DNA of 63,395 bases, the filler included. It is 5 parts of 5 records of this genome, joined end to end, with 100 filler letters (N's around TTAATTAATTAA, not from the genome) between each part and the next. Parts side by side here need not be neighbours in the genome. Positions count along the whole stretch, not along the records: positions 54,452 to 63,395 come from SRR31156797_3301; 4 more parts are not named here. One strand, written 5' to 3'. Both the position numbers and the translations under genes were made by a program. Below are positions 56,705 to 63,395 of the stretch, piece by piece; the stretch's first letter is position 1, and each line of letters begins with the position of its first letter. Below the pieces are notes generated by a model, which saw nothing but the letters and a program-made list of their open reading frames with translations, had not been told where the DNA came from and searched no databases.

Positions 56705-57028
56705 TTAATTCTGAACGCCCGATCCGATTTCGCCGATTCTAACAAGCGAAAAATGCTGGCGGTGTCCATTCTTGCGTCGATATCCTTTGCGCCGTTTATA
56801 TTTGTAGACCAACACTTTCCGATTTTTGCCGTGACCGGTAATATGGCCGGCCACTCTTGAATTTTCAAGAAAAGGTTGACCCACCTCGACGGTCTCGCCA
56901 TCCGAGGTTAGCAGAACTTGGTCAAACATTACCGCATCACCCACATCTCCCGGCAGTTTTTCGACCCGAATCTCATCACCCTCGGCAACCCGATATTGTT
57001 TTCCGCCAGTCTTTATGACCGCATACAT
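56705..57028 (-). CDS. rplU: 50S ribosomal protein L21
   Basis: MYAVIKTGGKQYRV..KYKRRKGYRRKNGHRQ. Confidence 0.98.
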   Translation of the reverse strand: MYAVIKTGGKQYRVAEGDEIRVEKLPGDVGDAVMFDQVLLTSDGETVEVGQPFLENSRVAGHITGHGKNRKVLVYKYKRRKGYRRKNGHRQHFSLVRIGEIGSGVQN

Positions 57029-57063
57029 AGCTTCGTCTCCTCACTGATTAAAATGAATTGATT

Positions 57064-57092
57064 ACTATAAAGGCTCTCTTGATTTGAGTCAA
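57064..57092 (-). promoter_or_regulatory. Sigma70 promoter of rplU operon
   Basis: TTGACT-N17-TATAGT on minus strand. Confidence 0.75.
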
Positions 57093-57107
57093 GTATAAAA
57101 TCGGTTT

Positions 57108-58076
57108 TCATGCGAACGGTTGCCTGTTTTGAAAATCAGGGAGAAATGCCGGGCGGTCCCGTGAACAGTCTTGATAATTTTCGGGAAACTGAAGGAACAT
57201 ATGTGTAAATCCCAACTGTTTTGCATGGTCATGGACCTTCTCAAATTCCTGATCCGTAATGGTCCGGTTCAGCTCCGAATCTTCATGCTGAACAACGGGA
57301 TGATATTGAGACATGAGGCTGATGGGCAGATGGGGACCGAACTCGATGAAAAGGGTGGTCAGTGCGTTAATGGAATTTCCAATGGCTCCCGGCAATATCA
57401 GATGTCTTACCAGAACCCCTTTGGTAGCCAATGATTCTTCAGAAACCAGGCAGTCCAGGAACCCTTTTTGCCGGACCATTTCAGAGATGGCATCGATTGC
57501 CTTTCCGGGATAGTCCGGGCACCCGGAAAGCTTTTTGGCCAATGCGCTATCCGAATATTTGAAGTCCGGCAGGTAGATGTCGGCATACCTTTCCAGCCTT
57601 TTGAGCACATTCACAGACTGGTATCCCGAAAAGTTGTACAAAATGGGAAGGCCCGGGTATTCTTTTTTCAAATGGGAGACCGCCCCTACGGCATGGGGCA
57701 TGAAATGATCCGGTGTAACAAAATTTACATTATGAACCTTATTTTTGAGGATCATTTGTCGTATTTTATCAACCAGCCGGTGAAAATCAAGGGTCTCTCC
57801 CATGCCGCCGAGGGAAATCTGGTGATTCTGGCAGAATTTACATTTCAGGCTGCAACCTGAAAAGAAAACGGTGCCCGATCCCCGGGACCCCGTAATGGGC
57901 GGTTCCTCTCCAAAGTGTGGACCCACATGGGCAACGCGAACCTGGTCGGTTTCACCGCAAAAACCGGTTCCTTTTCCATCGCGGATAAGTGTGCGGTCGA
58001 CCTTGCAGGCCCGCGGACAGAGTTCGCAGGATTTATAAAGGTCGGCAAAATCCGTTTCTTGGTTAATGAAAAACAT
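57108..58076 (-). CDS. PflX-like radical SAM protein
   Basis: CELCPRAC, HFGEEPPI, FFSGCSLKCKFCQN, DIYLPDFKY, VRHLILPG, LMSQYHP. Confidence 0.9.
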   Translation of the reverse strand: MFFINQETDFADLYKSCELCPRACKVDRTLIRDGKGTGFCGETDQVRVAHVGPHFGEEPPITGSRGSGTVFFSGCSLKCKFCQNHQISLGGMGETLDFHRLVDKIRQMILKNKVHNVNFVTPDHFMPHAVGAVSHLKKEYPGLPILYNFSGYQSVNVLKRLERYADIYLPDFKYSDSALAKKLSGCPDYPGKAIDAISEMVRQKGFLDCLVSEESLATKGVLVRHLILPGAIGNSINALTTLFIEFGPHLPISLMSQYHPVVQHEDSELNRTITDQEFEKVHDHAKQLGFTHMFLQFPENYQDCSRDRPAFLPDFQNRQPFA

Positions 58077-58133
58077 ATTTTCAGCATTTCCTCAATGAGG
58101 AGACTTGATGAATCCCAAGTAATGTTTACATTG

Positions 58134-58151
58134 TTGTGAATAATATCACAA
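58134..58151. promoter_or_regulatory. Palindromic operator (CRP/FNR-family HcpR-like or Rex-like) just upstream of a TTGACA -35 box at 58159-58164
   Basis: TTGTGA-ATAATA-TCACAA. Confidence 0.65.
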
Positions 58152-58258
58152 AAGGTGCTTGACACCCAAGGGTATTATTTCATAAAGGAAGATACTAGAA
58201 AGGTTTCCGGAAAGATGGTAACTTTCAAATGTTTTGAATCAAGGAGGATTCTTAAGCC

Positions 58259-58648
58259 ATGAAAGATGGAAGAATAGCGGTACCGAGCATGGGAACTGGT
58301 GGTCTGGATGGGGAAAGATCAGGCCATTTTGGTCATTGCGATGTGTTTACATTTGTGGATGTGGAGGACGGTGAGGTGAAACAGGTCTCAACCATCCCCA
58401 ACGAGGGTCATGTGCAGGGTGGATGCATGGTGCCCGTTAATTTACTGGCCGGCCACAATGTGAACGCTCTGATCGTCGGCGGCATCGGCATGCGGCCCCT
58501 GATGGGTTTTAAACAGGTTGGGGTTGATGTATTTTATGATGCCACCCGGCCTCAAATCAGGCCGGTGGTTGAAGACCTGATTGCCGGAAAGCTTCAGATG
58601 ATCAGTGATGATCAGGTTTGTGGCGGCGGCGGTGGCGGCGGACACTGA
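58259..58648 (+). CDS. NifB/NifX (FeMo-co-binding-like) family protein
   Basis: RIAVPS..HFGHCDVF..GGCMVPV..GGIGMRP; ends CGGGGGGGH. Confidence 0.88.
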   Translation: MKDGRIAVPSMGTGGLDGERSGHFGHCDVFTFVDVEDGEVKQVSTIPNEGHVQGGCMVPVNLLAGHNVNALIVGGIGMRPLMGFKQVGVDVFYDATRPQIRPVVEDLIAGKLQMISDDQVCGGGGGGGH

Positions 58649-58699
58649 TTGGGTGTTCCCTGCATTTTTTTAGGAAAATCTGAGAAAAGGATCGTTTTT

Positions 58700-59137
58700 A
58701 TGGAGAATGAAAAACCCAAAGACGATGTCTACGGCATGCTTTCCGAATCCGGATATGCGGATAAGGCCATTGAGTATTTTCAGAATCAGAATAACCTGGG
58801 GGTTATTGAAGGCGCCGATCACTGTACGGATCTCACCGGGCCTTGCGGCGACACCATGAAGATTACCATGAATGTCAAAGGCGATCGGATCGAGGATGCC
58901 AAAATACAGGTCATGGGTTGTCCGGGAGCCGTGGCATCGGGTAGTGCCACCGTGGCACTTGCCAAGGGAAAAACCCTGGATGAGGCTGAATCACTGACCC
59001 TGGATGAACTGTACAGCGAACTGGAAAAAATGCCTGACCAGAAAGTACATTGTGCCCGTCTGGCCATTAAAACCCTGCAAAAAGCCGTGGCCAAGTATCG
59101 TGAAGATCATTCAACCGCCGTGGTCAACGAAAATTAG
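58700..59137 (+). CDS. NifU/IscU-like Fe-S scaffold
   Basis: GPCGDTM, GCPGAVASGS, KVHCA; probable ATG 58700. Confidence 0.9.
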   Translation: MENEKPKDDVYGMLSESGYADKAIEYFQNQNNLGVIEGADHCTDLTGPCGDTMKITMNVKGDRIEDAKIQVMGCPGAVASGSATVALAKGKTLDEAESLTLDELYSELEKMPDQKVHCARLAIKTLQKAVAKYREDHSTAVVNEN

Positions 59138-59145
59138 GAGGGCCC

Positions 59146-59505
59146 ATGAAAATTGCGGTAACATCCAAAGGGAAGACCCTGGATTCCGAAGTGGATCCCC
59201 GATTCGGTAGAGCCGCCTACATCCTGGTGGTGGATTCGGAGACCCTCTCATTTGAGGTGTTGGACAATAAAGAGAATGTGAACGCCTTTAAGGGTGCGGG
59301 CATACAGGCGGCCAAAATGGTGAGCGAGAAGGGTTCGGAGGTTCTTTTGACCGGGTATTGCGGTCCCAACGCCTTTAAGGCCATGAAAGCCGCGAAAATC
59401 GGCGTGGCCAACGATGCCGCGGGTACGGTTCGTGAAGCCGTGGCCGCCTATGAGGCAGGAAAAATGACCCTGGCGGAAGATGCCAATGTTGAGGGTCAAT
59501 GGTAA
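59146..59505 (+). CDS. NifB/NifX family protein
   Basis: MKIAVTS..VDPRFGRA..GAGIQAA..TGYCGPNAF. Confidence 0.9.
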   Translation: MKIAVTSKGKTLDSEVDPRFGRAAYILVVDSETLSFEVLDNKENVNAFKGAGIQAAKMVSEKGSEVLLTGYCGPNAFKAMKAAKIGVANDAAGTVREAVAAYEAGKMTLAEDANVEGQW

Positions 59506-59520
59506 GGGGAGGTAGAAACC

Positions 59521-59766
59521 ATGCCGATTTTTGAGTTTGAGTGCCTTGACTGCGGTCAAAATACGGAAATACTGATGGCAAGCAGCGAAACCGACCTGGT
59601 TGCCTGTGGAAAATGCGGCGGTAAAAATCTCAAGAAATTATTATCGGCCCATGCCTCCGTAAGTCCCACCGGGAGGTTTCCAGAAAATGCGGCGGATCGA
59701 TGTTGTGGTTCGGGCGGGCCTCCTTCCGGTTGCGCGGGCCCGGGCAGTTGTTGCGGCCATTCCTGA
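59521..59766 (+). CDS. FmdB-family zinc-ribbon protein with Cys-rich tail
   Basis: MPIFEFECLDCG..CGKCG..LLS; tail CCGSGG..CAGPGSCCG. Confidence 0.9.
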   Translation: MPIFEFECLDCGQNTEILMASSETDLVACGKCGGKNLKKLLSAHASVSPTGRFPENAADRCCGSGGPPSGCAGPGSCCGHS

Positions 59767-59791
59767 TGGTAACCCATTGCACCCGTTATAA

Positions 59792-59830
59792 ACCGTTCCG
59801 GGACTGATCTGTTTTCGGTCCCTGAACGGT
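59792..59830 (+). terminator. Strong intra-operon hairpin
   Basis: ACCGTTC-C-GGGACTGA...TCGGTCCC-T-GAACGGT; no T-tail. Confidence 0.5.
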
Positions 59831-59960
59831 GGTTCCGCCACATCCCCTCCAAAATGTCCGGCACTTGACTTTTCAGGAATAATGCCTATTTAAAGCGTGT
59901 TTCAAGAACAGAGCCACACAAAAATTGTGCCGGTTTTTCCGGTAAAGGAGAAAGGTTATA

Positions 59961-60830
59961 ATGGCAGACAATATGCAGGGTGGTTGCGCCATGAGCAACC
60001 AGAACGAGCAGCAGCAGGCCCAGGATAAGGAAATCGAGCAGAGCCTGGGTCGCATCAAACATAAAATCCTGGTGATGAGCGGCAAGGGCGGTGTGGGTAA
60101 AAGCAGCGTGGCCACCTATTTGGCCGGTGCACTGGCAAAAAAAGGTAAGAAGGTGGGACTCATGGATGTGGATCTTCATGGTCCCAGTATCCCCCGCATG
60201 TTGGGGCTTAAGGGGAACATCCGGAGCGGTGCCAATGGTGATAAGGCCAAACCCATCGAATATCTTCCCAACCTGCAGGTTATCTCCGTTGAACCCCTCA
60301 TGGGAGAGAACAAGGATGCCGCCACCATCTGGCGGGGACCCTTGAAAATCGGCGTTATCCGACAGTTCATTTCCGATATTGAATGGAATGATCTTGATTA
60401 CCTGATTATTGACTCCCCTCCCGGTACGGGCGATGAGCCTTTGACCGTGGCCCAGACCATCCCCGGGGCCGAAGCCCTGGTTGTGACGACCCCCCAGGAA
60501 GTATCTCTGGCGGATGTGCGTAAATCCATCAGCTTCTGTCGCCAGGTCAACATGAAGATCTTGGGTATGGTGGAAAACATGAGTGGTCTGAATTGTCCCC
60601 ACTGTGGAAAAAGTATTGAACTCTTTAAAACCAATGGTGGCATGCTGACCGCCAAGAAGGAAAGCCTCAGGTTCCTGGGGCGCCTGCCTTTGGATCCGGA
60701 AGTGGTCATGCAGGGGGATGCCGGTGGGCTGGCCATACTGGAAAAGGAATCAATTGCATTCTCCCGGGAATTTAACAAAATGGCGGATGAAATTGTGAAT
60801 GTCCATGACCGAGAAGATGGACTTCATTGA
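59961..60830 (+). CDS. mrp: Mrp/NBP35 (ApbC) Fe-S carrier ATPase
   Basis: SGKGGVGKS, DVDLHGPS, IWRGP, DSPPGTGD, ENMS..CPHC. Confidence 0.93.
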   Translation: MADNMQGGCAMSNQNEQQQAQDKEIEQSLGRIKHKILVMSGKGGVGKSSVATYLAGALAKKGKKVGLMDVDLHGPSIPRMLGLKGNIRSGANGDKAKPIEYLPNLQVISVEPLMGENKDAATIWRGPLKIGVIRQFISDIEWNDLDYLIIDSPPGTGDEPLTVAQTIPGAEALVVTTPQEVSLADVRKSISFCRQVNMKILGMVENMSGLNCPHCGKSIELFKTNGGMLTAKKESLRFLGRLPLDPEVVMQGDAGGLAILEKESIAFSREFNKMADEIVNVHDREDGLH

Positions 60831-60880
60831 GATCATGTAAGACGCCCAACAATGGTGCGCCAATGTAAGGGATAAGTACA

Positions 60881-61327
60881 ATGGCTGACGATCTGAATGA
60901 TGATGTGAAAAATTTGCAGAAAGAAATCCTTCCCAAAAAAGATGGCTACGGCATACCGGCCTTTGACAGAATGCTCAACCCGCTTTACCGCGGCGCCTTT
61001 TCAAATCCTGACGGTTACGCCCGCGTAACCGGTCCCTGCGGTGATACCATGGAAATTTTTCTACGGTTTACCGACGATCGGATCAACAAAGCGGCGTTTG
61101 AGACGGACGGGTGTGGGTCCAGTGCCGTATGCGGGTCCTTTGCGGCGGAGATGGCTTTGGGGAAGACCCCTGATGAGCTTCTGGCGGTTACCGGGGATGC
61201 GATTCTCGAAAAACTGGAGGAATTTCCGGAAAAAGAACAACATTGCGCTTTCCTGGCAGGGGAGACCCTCCAGGAGGCGCTCAGCAACTACATGATAAAG
61301 ATTACGTCATCGAAAAAAAAGAGGTGA
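60881..61327 (+). CDS. Second NifU/IscU-like scaffold
   Basis: TGPCGDTM, DGCGSS, QHCAFLA. Confidence 0.9.
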   Translation: MADDLNDDVKNLQKEILPKKDGYGIPAFDRMLNPLYRGAFSNPDGYARVTGPCGDTMEIFLRFTDDRINKAAFETDGCGSSAVCGSFAAEMALGKTPDELLAVTGDAILEKLEEFPEKEQHCAFLAGETLQEALSNYMIKITSSKKKR

Positions 61328-61341
61328 AGCACTACTCACGC

Positions 61342-61373
61342 TCTCATTCCCACGCCACAACGTGGGAATGAGA
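61342..61373. repeat. REP-like palindrome between convergent genes
   Basis: TCTCATTCCCACG-CCACAA-CGTGGGAATGAGA (13-bp perfect stem). Confidence 0.65.
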
Positions 61374-61412
61374 TATTTTCGAGCGAGCCCTAAAGAAATG
61401 CCGAGGGTTCCT

Positions 61413-62273
61413 TTATTCCCCTTTCTTGGGTTTCTTGAAGACCAGAAAACTACACAGCTTGCAGATATCGAAGCCCGGATAGGTTTCCCCCGTGCGCGGA
61501 AAAGAAACCCCGCCGTCGCGAACCGTTCGCTCCAGGGTCCAGTGAAAAGTCTTCTCAAATTGCTCGTAGGGCCATATGTAGTTCATTTCCCCCTGTTCGG
61601 TTTTGCCGGCAGTCTTGCTGCTGCTGCACATCTGGGTGACGTTAGGCTTCCGGGTGACATGACATTGGACGCACCCGTGGCAGATGGAGGAATTCATGGT
61701 CATGACCGTTTCAAATGGATGGGTGTCATGGGCCGCGCACCAGTCATTGGCCAGATGATAGGACTGGAGCGGGTCGCACATGCCATGAATCAGATCGGGT
61801 TCAAAGGGCGCAGCATGAAGGGGCGCCGTGGCAAAGGCCAACAACCCCGGCGGCAGGCGCTTTTTGGTTTTGATGAATTTTTCGGCCTGTTCCCGGCTCT
61901 TGGTGTATTTCAAGTGGCTTTTTATTTCCCCTTCATCCAGATCTTTCCAGCCGAGTACGTATTTTGCATTGGAACACCCTAACTTGTCCTTTGTTCCCAG
62001 CAGTATATCTCCCCGTTGCCTGGATGCGGCCACAAAGTGGCAAAAGGTATACGGCCTGAATCCCACCTGATAATCGGTATTTGCCTTGAAATCGGCCAGC
62101 TCCGCTTCTTCAAAAAAATATTTTACGGCTACGGGATAATATTTCATTTTGAGAAGATTTCGAAGGCCGAAAACCATGTCCGAGGGGCTCAGTTTTTCGT
62201 TGTTTGCTGCTGCATTTTCAAGCAATCCCCTGGCTAAACTCACATCATCCATCAAAAGTTGCGTATCCAGCAT
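61413..62273 (-). CDS. DUF169-family protein
   Basis: YPVAVKYF, FCHFVAASR, GCSNAKYVLG, FEPDLI, Cys motifs. Confidence 0.75.
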   Translation of the reverse strand: MLDTQLLMDDVSLARGLLENAAANNEKLSPSDMVFGLRNLLKMKYYPVAVKYFFEEAELADFKANTDYQVGFRPYTFCHFVAASRQRGDILLGTKDKLGCSNAKYVLGWKDLDEGEIKSHLKYTKSREQAEKFIKTKKRLPPGLLAFATAPLHAAPFEPDLIHGMCDPLQSYHLANDWCAAHDTHPFETVMTMNSSICHGCVQCHVTRKPNVTQMCSSSKTAGKTEQGEMNYIWPYEQFEKTFHWTLERTVRDGGVSFPRTGETYPGFDICKLCSFLVFKKPKKGE

Positions 62274-62465
62274 AATTTTTCTCTCCTATGGCTTATTGGT
62301 TCCGTCAGCTTAATTTTTTTTATTGCCCTCTTTGAGACGCACAAATCCTATTTTAAGCGTCGATCAAAGTCAAAGGATGTTTCCTGCTGATTCAACAGTC
62401 TTGACTGAAACAGGCCTATTCATTAAGCTGGAAACAAACCGGACTTTTTTGAGGATATCTATGTT

Positions 62466-63245
62466 ATGCCCTACGAAACCATTGAATATGAAATTGCTGA
62501 ACCGGGAATCGGGATATTATCCCTGAACCGGCCGAGAAAGTACAATGCCGTGAGCATTCAGATGATGGAAGAACTGGAGGCTTTCTGGAAAGAGCGTCTT
62601 TATGACCTGGAGACCCACGTGGTGGTTTTCAGGGGCAACGGGAACCGGGGATTTTGTGCGGGTCTGGACATGAAAGAAACCATGAAATCGGCTCCTCACA
62701 TGTCGCCGGACCAGTTTTACCGATTCCAAGGCCGTCTGGCTCGGCTCAATCTGGCCATGCGCCAGGCCCCGCAACCCATTGTTACGGCGGTTCACGGGGC
62801 CGCCGCCGGTTTGGGCTTCAGTTTCGCCATGGCCTCGGATTTAAGGGTGATCACCCCCGATGCCCGTTTTTCAGCGGCCTATATCAACATCGGCCTGGGC
62901 GGGGCGGACATGGCGTGCAGCTATTTTCTGCCGCGCTTGATCGGCGCCGGACGGGCCTATGAATTCATGCTCACGGGCAATTTCATGACGGCCCATGAGG
63001 CCATGGATTTGGGTTTTTGCAGCCGGCTGGTGGAGCCTGATCAGCTCCTGGAAACGGCCCTGGAACTGGCCAAAACCATGAACAGCAAAAACCCCATGGG
63101 GTTGCGTCTCACCAAGGAAGCCATCAACGTGAATCTGGATACGGGCGGCCTGGAGCAAGCCCTGCAGGTGGAGGATCGAAACCAGACCCTGCTACTGCTT
63201 CGGGGGATGGTCGGTAAAGAGGATAAAACAAGCCGATATTTCTGA
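62466..63245 (+). CDS. Enoyl-CoA hydratase/isomerase family protein
   Basis: LNRPRKYNA, FCAGLD, VHGAAAGLG, LPRLIG. Confidence 0.93.
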   Translation: MPYETIEYEIAEPGIGILSLNRPRKYNAVSIQMMEELEAFWKERLYDLETHVVVFRGNGNRGFCAGLDMKETMKSAPHMSPDQFYRFQGRLARLNLAMRQAPQPIVTAVHGAAAGLGFSFAMASDLRVITPDARFSAAYINIGLGGADMACSYFLPRLIGAGRAYEFMLTGNFMTAHEAMDLGFCSRLVEPDQLLETALELAKTMNSKNPMGLRLTKEAINVNLDTGGLEQALQVEDRNQTLLLLRGMVGKEDKTSRYF

Positions 63246-63272
63246 TAAACCATGAAAGTCAAAACGGATGGA

Positions 63273-63359
63273 ATGAAAAAGAAAGGATGGGTCAGCCGCA
63301 TTCTGGCGTGGGTTGCCGAGGGTCAGGAGGGTTCATCGGCTCCACTGTGCGGCCATTGA
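63273..63359 (+). CDS. Putative micro-protein MKKKGWVSRILAWVAEGQEGSSAPLCGH (TGA stop or Sec)
   Basis: Manual translation; amphipathic basic N-terminus; alternative ATG at 63252. Confidence 0.35.
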   Translation: MKKKGWVSRILAWVAEGQEGSSAPLCGH

Positions 63360-63395
63360 GGAATTCCACCCACGCCGCGTGCCGGCACCAAGAAA

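Noticed and set aside
59761-59830. Selenocysteine read-through of the FmdB TGA using the downstream hairpin as SECIS
   Set aside because: In-frame TAA two codons later and the hairpin is too distant for a bacterial SECIS
58259-61327. Nitrogen fixation cluster
   Set aside because: NifX/NifU-like domains only; no nifHDK/ENB
61362-61982. 206-aa plus-strand ORF
   Set aside because: Antisense to the DUF169 gene and begins within the palindrome

Overview
The window is not one locus. It is five unrelated contigs joined by 100-bp linkers (N44-TTAATTAATTAA-N44) at 16428-16527, 25368-25467, 38044-38143 and 54352-54451. Taxonomy below is inferred from composition and gene content. (1) 1-16427, very AT-rich, Arcobacteraceae-like: hoxEFU diaphorase genes, a c-di-GMP-I riboswitch over a small membrane ORF, and a ~12.4-kb co-oriented cluster of unusual multi-domain enzymes ending in the N-terminus of a LapA-like adhesin with Thr/Glu/Asp hexapeptide repeats. 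The enzymes are ankyrin-Ig-OmpA, AMMECR1/alpha-toroid/Ser-Thr kinase/Sel1, MurF-like+DUF2156, an HEXXH peptidase, GT2+ATP-grasp, and a GT60 GlcNAc transferase. This cluster is the best candidate for an undescribed system: adhesin glycosylation and peptide tagging. (2) 16528-25367, Bacteroidota: candidate sRNA, LytTR regulator, beta-barrel/DUF4270/kelch module, DUF2264, partial SusD. (3) 25468-38043, Maridesulfovibrio-like: htpX, Cache-PAS kinase, FecR-RTX protein, receiver-TPR protein, MBL hydrolase, sppA, partial rpsA. (4) 38144-54351, Spirochaetales-like: sugar ABC transporters, GH43, GH42, regulators, and a deleted ydcF-like pseudogene. (5) 54452-63395, Desulfobacterota: rplU-rpmA-obgE-proB, a radical SAM protein, a NifX/NifU/Mrp metallocluster operon behind a TGTGA-N6-TCACA site, DUF169 and an enoyl-CoA hydratase. 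All family calls come from motif recognition by eye; no searches were run.
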